Assembly: GCA_009859145.1 (NCBI GenBank)
Contig: VRVR01000009.1
Coordinates: 62,001-126,000, forward strand
DNA length: 64,000 bases
Source of the DNA: Andalucia godoyi And28
Taxonomy: Eukaryota; Protista; Jakobida
Direction: 5' to 3'
Shown: positions 11,144 through 20,343 of the stretch, in pieces
Layout of the letters: every line of letters starts with the position of its first letter
How positions within the stretch are numbered: position 1 is the first letter of the stretch
The notes under the pieces: generated by a model
What the model was told of the DNA's origin: nothing
Seen by the model: the letters and a program-made list of their open reading frames with translations, nothing else
Databases searched by the model: none
Position numbers and translations under genes: made by a program

Positions 11144-11599
11144 TTAATCCTGTTTGGATGGCTTCTGGCAGTGGGAACTGGCGTCCTGTCTGCGCAACGC
11201 TGAATGTTCGCTTCTCGAGAATGTCCGTCGATATGTGTATTTCATCATGAGCCACATGGATGGTGCGCCAACAATGGCGGTCTGAAGAATCCATGGTTTC
11301 AGGTTTTGGATGCCGACGCTGCGTGCAAGAATCACAGTGATAAGCGTTTCGACGGTATGTGCGACGATCGCAAACTGGATTCCTTGTCGCGCACTGGTTC
11401 TCGTAAGAAGGGTTGCAAACGAGCCCAAGTAGTGCTCGGCAGCAGGGATGTTGTCGTCGCTTCCAGGTCGCAGAAAGGAACAGTAAATGTTGATAATGAG
11501 CATCCCAGGAACAACAATCCACCAGAGCACTGCACATGCTTGGAAGTATTTCGTGTCGGGCGATGTGGCGCTTGCACGCAGACCTTGTTCCGCTGCCAT
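11144..11599 (-). CDS. TMEM254: TMEM254-like (DUF4499) small membrane protein
   Basis: ATG at 11599, TAA at 11144. Three hydrophobic segments and AIVAHTVETLITVILARSVGI...WILQTAIVGAPSMWL match the recalled TMEM254 pattern H.E....LA...G...W..QT...G..S. Confidence 0.75.
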   Translation of the reverse strand: MAAEQGLRASATSPDTKYFQACAVLWWIVVPGMLIINIYCSFLRPGSDDNIPAAEHYLGSFATLLTRTSARQGIQFAIVAHTVETLITVILARSVGIQNLKPWILQTAIVGAPSMWLMMKYTYRRTFSRSEHSALRRQDASSHCQKPSKQD

Positions 11600-12580
11600 T
11601 CTTTCGTCTTTTATGAGGCGTAATTAAACAGAACAGACGCGATTCCAAGAGGGGTCGAACGCCTGCGGAACACTTCGGGAACAAATGACGAATGCACACA
11701 ACTCACGCGAAGAACGCTTTGGCAACCAGTCCTTCAACATCGAGGCGGTGATCTGCCCACACAAAACTGGTAGCCTGGCATTCCCTCAACCGTCTGCATT
11801 CTGCTTGCGCATCCGACCAGAACGACGGAGTTCGTATGCGCAGACGGTATGCAAAAAAGGAGCGTGCAGCGGATGGAACTTGTTCGCTGTCCGCCCGTGC
11901 ACGATGCACGCCCCTGCAAAACGGACGAATGGACAATCTCCCTGTTTCATGACGGCGACCGTATGCTCAATGCTGTGCTTGCGGATTACTGACAAGTCGC
12001 CCTGTCTTCCACGCACGCACCGTTGGCCTTGACATCCATCGTGCTGCACGCAGAAGCAAACCACATCTCGTTTTTCTACAAATGTTCCCAACTTGTTCTC
12101 CCCCCTTTGCCCTGCTGTTTACCACTACCACCCCACCGCTCCTCACGCAGAAATTTTTTCAGACAATGCTATTCTTCTGTTCCCCCTTTTGTTTGCCATT
12201 CCACGGTCATTCCGATGTTCCTGTCGTGTCCGGCACATGTGTGAATCCATAGATTGGAAAATGGCGCGCTACATCTGCTGGAAGAACGCGTCCACCACCG
12301 ATTCTGAATTGAGTTCACATTCGGTTCCGATCCAAGACTGCAGAGGGATGGTCAGTAATTGATTCGCCCCCATGCTTCGTGTACAATGCAGTCGCACAGG
12401 TGGGGAGCAATGAAACAGACAACAACAAAAACAACAACAAAAATAAAAACAAAAACGAGAAATATCACTTTGTACTGCTATAATTATCATCCTAATTATC
12501 AAATCACGTGCATGTTGTAACCTCCATGCACTACAAAAGACGACCCCCCACCGCGCTCTCTCCTCCGCGGAAATACTAAA

Positions 12581-13951
12581 CTATTTGCTCAGCAATCCGG
12601 AATCAAAAAGAAGCTGCCGCATTGGGTACATCCAAATCGTGATCAGCACAACGGTGACAAGCCACGTAAACGTAAGAATACTCAGCAGCTTCCTTTGGAA
12701 CATCCAATAGGTGAGCAATGTCAACGGAAAAACCCACCCGGACAAACCAAACAGCTTCTTGGAAAGCTGCAATTTGTACAGATCGTATTCGAACGGAAAT
12801 TCAAATTCGGCACGTCCGATGTCAATCTCGCTCATCGGGGGCCCCCATTTCTGGGAGAAGTACAATCGACCATAGTCGCCGATCACCGTCGACCGCTTTT
12901 TGAAGCATGCATTGGACTTAATAGTGCCTGACACTTCGTGCAGCACAAGCTCTTCGCCGAGCTGCAGCAGCGGGAATCCCGCGACACGAATTCGTTCATA
13001 ATAGTCGATGTCGGAAGTATATTGAAAGTAGTATACATCCCACTGACCGACAATCGCCGTCGCAGTAGGATTGAACACGACAAAAGCATCGTAGTTTGTG
13101 AAGATCGCGCCCCAAGAAAAGCTGCCAGAAGTCGGCTGAACGTGACTGCGGCTGCTCGCATCATCGTAGCCATGCCATGTGGATCCAGGCAGTGATGTGA
13201 TCGCATCCAAGACACCGCCGTGCGAACCAGCCTCGATTCCGGTGCCGCCAGTGCCCGTTTCAAAACGAAGGATCGCGTCTTCAAGCATCCCTGTCAGCTT
13301 CACGCAGTCTTTTAAAACGGCGTCTGAATGCATAAACGCAAACCACCGAACACCCGACGCAATTGCGATCGCCTGCACCAAATTCTGTGTTTGCGTAAAG
13401 TGCAACTGCACAGGCGGTGCATATACTTTGGCAAGATGCCGAACCTCTGCGCTATGAAATGCCTCCAGTGTGTCTGAATTGTCAACCACAAGCACGCGAT
13501 TCAAGAAAATAGGCTGCGTTGACTCGAGTGCCCGAAGCAGCATGGGAATGTTGGAATGATGGAAAATTGCGACGAAGAACTCTTCGAATCGAGGAGTTTC
13601 CAACGACGCAAGAACAGGTCGCGGCGGTGACCGGAACATCGACTCGCAAACCGTCGATCGAGCCACATAGTCAGATTGCATATACAGAGCAAAAGCGAAC
13701 AAAAAGAAAAACACGCCCAGCGAAACGATAAGAAACGGGCGAAATGCGCGAGAAACACAGACTCTGTAACAGCGGCTTAAACACGCAGAGAGCATTGTTC
13801 GCGCTGGTCTAGGAATGAACGGTAGATCTAAAAACTGAAACGTCCGCCCAGACGACGGTGATGACGCCGACGCTGACGCCGACGCCGACGCCCCGCGAGG
13901 AGAGGATAACGGTGAAAATGACGCTGATTTCGCACCTGGTCTGTCTAGCAT
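12581..13951 (-). CDS. Membrane-anchored GT-A fold (GT2-like) glycosyltransferase
   Basis: The track start at 13999 is TTG; the first ATG is at 13951 (MLDRPG). N-terminal TM anchor, then VLVVDNSD, FAFMHSDA (DxD-like), WGAIFTNYDAFVVFN, VGQWD..Y.QYTSDIDYYERIRVAGF, and C-terminal TM helices. Confidence 0.75.
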   Translation of the reverse strand: MLDRPGAKSASFSPLSSPRGASASASASASSPSSGRTFQFLDLPFIPRPARTMLSACLSRCYRVCVSRAFRPFLIVSLGVFFFLFAFALYMQSDYVARSTVCESMFRSPPRPVLASLETPRFEEFFVAIFHHSNIPMLLRALESTQPIFLNRVLVVDNSDTLEAFHSAEVRHLAKVYAPPVQLHFTQTQNLVQAIAIASGVRWFAFMHSDAVLKDCVKLTGMLEDAILRFETGTGGTGIEAGSHGGVLDAITSLPGSTWHGYDDASSRSHVQPTSGSFSWGAIFTNYDAFVVFNPTATAIVGQWDVYYFQYTSDIDYYERIRVAGFPLLQLGEELVLHEVSGTIKSNACFKKRSTVIGDYGRLYFSQKWGPPMSEIDIGRAEFEFPFEYDLYKLQLSKKLFGLSGWVFPLTLLTYWMFQRKLLSILTFTWLVTVVLITIWMYPMRQLLFDSGLLSK

Positions 13952-14477
13952 GTCGTCTGACTTTTCACTGACGCTTCTCCTTTGAACGAAATCCCTCAAT
14001 TAATTAATTAATATTATTATTATTATTATTTTGCTGACTAGGCGGTTCCCGTGCCTCCACGAATGACTGTCCTCCTCGTCCTTAATTGCTACTATCTGCT
14101 ATGATTATGATGGTTGTTATTATGATGTTTTGAGATTTCAAAGGCAACTGCGAAACGAAAGGAATCAAAAACACAAATGCTACATTATTTATTAAAAATA
14201 ACTTGAGATGTGTCAGTGCAAGAAGTCAGGGTCGAAGCAGACTCAACCAAGCTGACAAAAAAGTCAGAACTCGAAGCTCGGGAGAAGTCAGCAGTCAGAT
14301 GTAAGGGACTGACACGACTATGGGGAAAAAAACTGCATTCTCTATCGGACGTTTTTATTTGATTTGCTTTTCGGATTCCTTCCGCATCATCATCGAATCA
14401 TTCGACAATTTTGACAACTCGACCGCGACTGTTATAACGAAAAAAACAAAAACAAAAAAGCGCAGTTGATCCATAAA

Positions 14478-16553
14478 ATGCCCGTGACCCTCTCGCATAC
14501 GCACTGTGCAAATCCGCAACCGATCCGCGGTTCACCGCTGCACATTGCGGTTCGCCCGATTGCAAATGGACCTTCGGACGTGGCGGTTGTAAGCTACGGA
14601 TCGCATAAGAACGTCTTTTTACGACCGTTGGCGATTCCGAGTTCGACGCCGAGTACGCACAAGAGGCCGGCGAATGTGCAGAAGTGGAATGACCCGACTG
14701 CGCTGACTGTGTATTCAGACCATACTGCTCAGGTATCCAGTGTCCGAGTGTCGCCGTCTGGATCGTATGTGGCATCGGGAGACGTTTCAGGCCGGCTGCG
14801 CGTCTGGGCACTCGACAACGAGGACCGGACCATCAAACTGGATATCCGTCCTTTGGCGGGACGTGTGTTTGACGTTGCGTGGTCCATGGACAACCAGCGC
14901 ATTGCTGTTGTTGGTGAAGGCGGACGTGGACCGTCAGACCGCTCTGCGCATGTTCTTTTGTGGGATTCTGGGTCTTCGGTCGGCGAGCTTTCAGGCCATT
15001 CGAAGCCTGTCTTGTCCGTCGATATCCGCCAAGTCCGTCCATTCCGAGTTGCAACTGGCTCGGAAGACACATTCGTGAATTGGTTTGAAGGACCGCCGTT
15101 CAAATTCGTGCACTCGGTTCGCAAGTTCAGCAAGTATGTCAACTGCGTGCGGTTTTCGCAAGATGGATCTTGTGCTGCAGCTGTTTCTTCGGATGGCCAT
15201 GTCCTGTTGTTGGATGGTAAGACGGGTTTTCCGATCGAGAGGCAGTTGGTTGCTCCTGTTGGACACCCTGCAAACGCACACCATGGCGGATCCGTATTCG
15301 GGTGCGCGTGGCATCCATCTGGAAAGCTGCTGGCTACCTGCTCCGCCGACAAGACTATTCGAATCTGGAATACTGGGTTTTTGTCGGCGACGGCGTCTGC
15401 CTCGGGGTCTGCAGCCGAAGTTCAGGGTGTGAACGGTAATGAACACGATTGTGTCGCAACGGTGCAAATGGGCTCCACAATCGATGACATGCTGATGGGT
15501 ACGGTGTGGCTGTCATCCGAGGTTCTGGGTGTTGTGAACCTTGCTGGAGACATCTGCGCCGTCCATTTCGATATTTCAACTGTTGCCGGGACACCCGCAA
15601 CTGCCCAAGTGAAGGGGACTCCATATCGGTTCCAAGGACACAACTCTCCTATCACTGCCTTGTCACTGTATCCAACCTCAGAAGGCACTTACATTCTGTC
15701 CGCAGGATCAGACTCGACAGTGTGTTTGTGGACTCTTGGAGGCCAATGCATCAGTCGCGCACCGAGATCCAAGGACGCACATACCAATGCTGTTGTGTCA
15801 TTCGGTGTTTCTGGATCATCTGTCGTGACAGCCGGCATGGATGACACGATCCGGCTTTTGGATGTTGATTTCACTGCGGAGAGTCCGTGTTCCTTCAAGG
15901 CTGGAGCCTCCGTGTCTGTGACGGGCACACCTGTGGGACTTGCGCGAAGTGCGCAGAGTCCGAATATTTGTGTGGTTGCAACCTCTTCTTCCGTCGTGAT
16001 TGTCGATGGACAGACGGTCGTTGAAACCATCCCTGCCCCGTTTGATCCGTCGTGCGTTGCTGTCACTGCTGATGATTCCTATGTAGTTGTTGGATCGAAG
16101 AAGGACAATGGTGTCCGAGTGTACGCCGTAGATGCCGCGTCTGGTTCGTGGAAACTGTCTGTTGTTGGGACATTTGCGGGACACCGAGGGCCTGTCACGT
16201 CCGTCGCTGTGGCACCCGTCCGTCAAGAAGATGGTTCGTTCTTGGTAGCTTCTGGAGACGGAAATCGAGAGGTCTGTTTGTGGAATGTTCAATCTTTGCA
16301 ACGCGCAGCGGAAGGCTGGGTCCACCACACTGCCCGGGTTAACAATGTTGCATTCTCGCCAGATGGCAAGTTTGTTGCTTCGGGATCTCTCGATCGGTCG
16401 TTCATTATCTGGGGAGTTGAATCAAAGACCAAGATTTGTGTCGTAGAAAAATGCCATATCGATGGTGTATCGGGTCTGATGTGGGCATCCAACTCAAAAA
16501 TTGTCACCGCTGGTCAAGACGCATGCATCCGTGAGTGGGATGTATCTGTGTAG
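14478..16553 (+). CDS. WDR1: Actin-interacting protein 1 (WD40 double beta-propeller)
   Basis: ATG at 14478 (track start is TTG). AIP1 hallmarks: SPSGSYVASGDVSGRLRVW, WSMDNQRIAVVGEG, GELSGHSK, RPFRVATGSED..VNWFEGPPFKF, WVHHTARVN.VAFSPDG..VASGSLD. Confidence 0.93.
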   Translation: MPVTLSHTHCANPQPIRGSPLHIAVRPIANGPSDVAVVSYGSHKNVFLRPLAIPSSTPSTHKRPANVQKWNDPTALTVYSDHTAQVSSVRVSPSGSYVASGDVSGRLRVWALDNEDRTIKLDIRPLAGRVFDVAWSMDNQRIAVVGEGGRGPSDRSAHVLLWDSGSSVGELSGHSKPVLSVDIRQVRPFRVATGSEDTFVNWFEGPPFKFVHSVRKFSKYVNCVRFSQDGSCAAAVSSDGHVLLLDGKTGFPIERQLVAPVGHPANAHHGGSVFGCAWHPSGKLLATCSADKTIRIWNTGFLSATASASGSAAEVQGVNGNEHDCVATVQMGSTIDDMLMGTVWLSSEVLGVVNLAGDICAVHFDISTVAGTPATAQVKGTPYRFQGHNSPITALSLYPTSEGTYILSAGSDSTVCLWTLGGQCISRAPRSKDAHTNAVVSFGVSGSSVVTAGMDDTIRLLDVDFTAESPCSFKAGASVSVTGTPVGLARSAQSPNICVVATSSSVVIVDGQTVVETIPAPFDPSCVAVTADDSYVVVGSKKDNGVRVYAVDAASGSWKLSVVGTFAGHRGPVTSVAVAPVRQEDGSFLVASGDGNREVCLWNVQSLQRAAEGWVHHTARVNNVAFSPDGKFVASGSLDRSFIIWGVESKTKICVVEKCHIDGVSGLMWASNSKIVTAGQDACIREWDVSV

Positions 16554-16712
16554 TTGTCGGAGTCGATGAAAGATTGTGCTTTCAAGGAGTGCAGTACAGC
16601 ATGCCATAAAAAACAATGCCAAACTTTAATTCAATGTTTTCTTCCTGCTTCAAACTCTTAATATAAATTACGCGGCGTGGAAAAAAAAAAAAAAGAGGAG
16701 GAACGTTTCGTG

Positions 16713-18158
16713 TCAGGTCCATGCGTCGCTCTGATCACCAGCACGACCATCAGAGCTGTCGTCATCTTCTGCCACTGCATTTCCGTCAACAACAGTGTCC
16801 TCCGAGACCGCCGCTTCGATCTTTTGTTTAGATTTCCCGTACAACTGCTGTGTCAGCGCGAGGCAGACACCCGAGTCGGAAGAAGAAACCAATGTCGCTG
16901 AAGCACCAGTGGCGAAAGCTGTGGCTGCCTTTTTGACAATTGGCCTCCACGTTCGAACGCGACTGTTAATGAACCAGTTGTTCACTTGCGCTATGGACAC
17001 GGAGAATTCCTTGCAGAATGCTTGCTTTTCGGCTTCCGTCGGATAGGGTCTTGTATAATGGTCGACCATCCACAGTTTGAAATGGTCCACGGCGGCTTTC
17101 GGGAGCTTCTTTGACTTGGTGACGAGTTGTCCGCTCGCCGTTATTCGATTGACAGGCGTTCCGTCCGGATGAAACGTTTCACAGATGAACGTCTGTGTCG
17201 TCGACGAGCCCGAGTCGGACCATCCGGCTTCAAGAGAATAGCCTGCAGTCACCGACGCAGCTGGACGATGCAAATCGAAAGACTTCAAGTATTTGCTGTG
17301 AAGTGCACGGCATTCGCGCTGGAGCGGAAGCACCGACTGAACAAGCAACAAGTTCAGAACATCTCGAAACAGCTGATCCATTAGCCGCTGTTTGACTGCT
17401 CTCTCCACATTCTGCTCGCTTGACAGCATCGCCGAGCACGCAGTTCGAAAGACGCCACGAGTATGCGACCGTACGTCTCTGAACCGGGCCAGCCGTGTGT
17501 GGAAGGCAGAGCGCCCTTCTTCGATTAGTCGAACAACATGAGGATGATCTTCTTGCAGTATTTGCTCAGGCAGCTGGAAGAGAAGGCAGCAAACCAGCTT
17601 GTCGAACTCGGCACCGTGTGTATCGTCTGTATCGTCCGATACTGAAAAGAAGGGGACAGTAGATGAAGCACAAGCCGACAAACGAGAATCACAAGTGAGA
17701 GCAACTGAACAAACGGCAGTCGCCAGTTCACCACGACCACCACAACCATCACTGTTTTCACTGCTGTTCTCATTGCAGATCTCGTCACTGCGACTGCTGT
17801 CGATTGCATGAAGAATGTGGAGTTTGAGCGTGTGAAAGAAGGCGCAGAGTTCAGAGTCGAAAATCACAGCAGAGATCGGTGGTTGCATCCCTGGTTTCAC
17901 TGGACTCGTTCTTTTGTGAAGGTGCGAATCCAAGCCGGAGAGTGACGACAGCGCTGATGACGACAAAGTAGATGAGCAATGATCGTGATGGCTGTGATGA
18001 CTTTCCACAAAGCATGATTTGCAGAATGCTTCTTCGATCGCAGAAAGACTCATGAACTGATCTCCGATATTCTCATCGTGCATCTCCACCTCGCTATCGT
18101 CTTCCTCCCCTGCGTTACCGCTGCCTCCGTCTGCCAACCCACGCTCATTTGTCCACAT
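16713..18158 (-). CDS. TALE-class homeodomain transcription factor (KNOX/MEIS/TGIF-like)
   Basis: Homeodomain KSKKLPKAAVDHFKLWMVDHYTRPYPTEAEKQAFCKEFSVSIAQVNNWFINSRVRTW has the PYP three-residue loop and WFIN, diagnostic of TALE homeodomains. Confidence 0.92.
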   Translation of the reverse strand: MWTNERGLADGGSGNAGEEDDSEVEMHDENIGDQFMSLSAIEEAFCKSCFVESHHSHHDHCSSTLSSSALSSLSGLDSHLHKRTSPVKPGMQPPISAVIFDSELCAFFHTLKLHILHAIDSSRSDEICNENSSENSDGCGGRGELATAVCSVALTCDSRLSACASSTVPFFSVSDDTDDTHGAEFDKLVCCLLFQLPEQILQEDHPHVVRLIEEGRSAFHTRLARFRDVRSHTRGVFRTACSAMLSSEQNVERAVKQRLMDQLFRDVLNLLLVQSVLPLQRECRALHSKYLKSFDLHRPAASVTAGYSLEAGWSDSGSSTTQTFICETFHPDGTPVNRITASGQLVTKSKKLPKAAVDHFKLWMVDHYTRPYPTEAEKQAFCKEFSVSIAQVNNWFINSRVRTWRPIVKKAATAFATGASATLVSSSDSGVCLALTQQLYGKSKQKIEAAVSEDTVVDGNAVAEDDDSSDGRAGDQSDAWT

Positions 18159-18531
18159 TATTCATTATGTCCTCGTTGTTCCTTTCTTTCTGCAGTCAAT
18201 AAAATAACAAATCGAGAAGGGAAAAAACAGAAGATCAAGAGGAGGAGGGGGGGAAGGGAAGGGAAGGGAAGAGAAATCAAAAAGAAAATATCCACTTATC
18301 GGGTTCTGCAGAGAAGAAAAGTAATATGGTGTTGCTTTACTCTGATTCATGAATACATGCCTGCGCTCCGCTTCTACGCTCTGATGAGCCCGAAACGAGA
18401 CCACATTCGACACCAGCACTTCGGGTATCCCATCAGACGCGAAGGTGTAATCGGTGCCCCTGAACGGGATTCAGAGATTTCTGACGAGTCGACGAAAAGG
18501 CTGTTTCAACAAAAACCGTCACAAATTCCCG

Positions 18532-18545
18532 CTGTCACGCTGTCA
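18532..18545 (-). promoter_or_regulatory. Tandem TGACAG sites (putative TALE-homeodomain binding sites)
   Basis: CTGTCA at 18532-18537 and 18540-18545 (TGACAG on the minus strand), about 380 bp upstream of the TALE gene ATG. Function is inferred. Confidence 0.3.
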
Positions 18546-18772
18546 CACAGTGTTGCTATCTGAAAGTTGAAATGAGAAACCCAAAAGCCGGGAGAGGGAA
18601 AAGTAAAAATGAAACCGCCGTACGGCTTTCACTGCCCCATAATTAGGGGAAATAAATAAATAAATAATGGTGATGGTGTATCAGCATGTCTCGTTTTATT
18701 CAAAAAAAAAAAAAAAGAACTCGGTTCGTATGCAGGCAATCTTTTCAAAACAATTTTGAAGAAGGGTTGAAG

Positions 18773-19510
18773 ATGAGTAGTAGCAGTGCATTGCAGAGCA
18801 GTGCATTTTCGGAGATGACAGAGCATCTCGAAAAGGAGTGGAGTCGGCGGCAGGAAGTGAGCCAAGCAGTCCGCGCGATTGAAAAGCAGCTGATGGAAGT
18901 CGCCACGCTTCTTGACGCGATGCACCATCATTCGGTTATCGTAGCGCACGATACGAATGGTGATGGTCGTGATGACGATCAGTCGTCGATGTCATTGCGG
19001 CTGAATGCAATCGCCGAGTCCGCCGAACTACGACTCCGCGAATCGTGTCTTCCCTTGTTTCAGCAGCTCTTCACAGTTGTGGTTCCGACGGCGGATGCCT
19101 ATTGGAAGTATGCGGCGGAGCAATGCAAAGGGAAATGTTTGGCGCAGTACGTGCAGCTCGTGCAGCTCGTGGCATTTTTGAAGAAGAAGAATGAACATCA
19201 CCAGCTACTGACATTAGCGGAAGTGCAGCAGACGTCCGGGGTGATGCCTTCGTTCGTTCTGGACGTGGAAGAGTACCTGCATGGACTGTGCGGTGTTTCG
19301 AATGAGCTGGCACGCTTTTGCTTGAATTGCGTCACGAACAGAGACTGTGACAGGGCGCGGGTGTGCCATCGGACGGTCACTCAGCTTTTTGCTGGGTTCC
19401 GCATGCTCAATTTGAAGAATGACGGACTCCGCAGAAAATCTGACTCGGTTAAATACGATGTCAAAAAGTGCGAGGAAATCGTTTACGATATGACCATTCG
19501 TGGATTGTAA
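18773..19510 (+). CDS. TSN: Translin (non-catalytic C3PO subunit)
   Basis: LDVEEYLHGL..VSNELARF.LNCVT.RD, FAGFRMLNLKNDGLRRKSDSVKYDVKKCEEIVYDMTIRGL. Lacks the TRAX-type acidic residues (QEYVEA, DLTGE). ATG 18773 is preferred because ATG 18686 reads through a poly-A run. Confidence 0.93.
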   Translation: MSSSSALQSSAFSEMTEHLEKEWSRRQEVSQAVRAIEKQLMEVATLLDAMHHHSVIVAHDTNGDGRDDDQSSMSLRLNAIAESAELRLRESCLPLFQQLFTVVVPTADAYWKYAAEQCKGKCLAQYVQLVQLVAFLKKKNEHHQLLTLAEVQQTSGVMPSFVLDVEEYLHGLCGVSNELARFCLNCVTNRDCDRARVCHRTVTQLFAGFRMLNLKNDGLRRKSDSVKYDVKKCEEIVYDMTIRGL

Positions 19511-20343
19511 TTTGCAGCCACCCGATGGGGGCATTTCCATTGAGGAGAACTGACGTGGTTGATGTGTGACGGAGACACTCGCGCATTGACAAGTCGATGA
19601 CAGCATGTTCCGACTTCCGACCTCCGTTTCCGACTTCCGACAGAGTACAGCCCAAAGGCTTGACTAGATTCGTGCGTTGTTCTCATACCTACTGTTGGCA
19701 GAATTCTGGACGGAGCGGATTGTTGATGGCTAGTCTTTGTTGAGTTGGCTTTCGCGGAGTTTGAAGTCCGGTGAATCGTCTCTTATTCAAGCGATAAGTC
19801 TCAAATGAAAAGCAGTTCGTCGTGGGAAAAGGTTTTTTCTTTCTCGCAGCGAAGACGAGCGCAGAAGGAAATGAGAAAAACGGCCGTAAAACTGCACGGC
19901 GTTTTAACGGTGTATCCCGCGCATAAGAATTGAGTGCTGCAGTCTGGGGCTCATGTGAAATTCAGCGCAGCCTCCGAGTGTTCCGCACTCGCCAAACATG
20001 GCAATTATTTTTTTTCATATATTGTTTTTTATTTTAATAAGTACATTCCCTATGTCACAAGAGAGTGTTTTCAATTCCTGATACTTTTTCGACTGATGAC
20101 CTTTTAACATTTTTTCCTCTTTCCTTTTTTTTTTACGCTTCCGCAATCGACTAACCAACCCTCCGTTTTTCCTTCGTGCGTCCACAACCCACACACACAC
20201 TCACACTCACACACGTATACCCTGACCGACTGTGTCTGTGTCTGTTTTTTGTTGTTGGGCTGACGTTCCCCAAAAAAAGCTTCGCTGTTTTTCAGAGTGG
20301 TTCAAAAGATTTATATATACACATACGAACGTTCTGAAAGAAG

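Noticed and set aside
18686-18772. Upstream in-frame ATG of translin (MSRFIQKKKK...)
   Set aside because: It crosses a 17-nt poly-A run typical of non-coding DNA here. ATG 18773 gives a normal translin length. Not excluded without cDNA.
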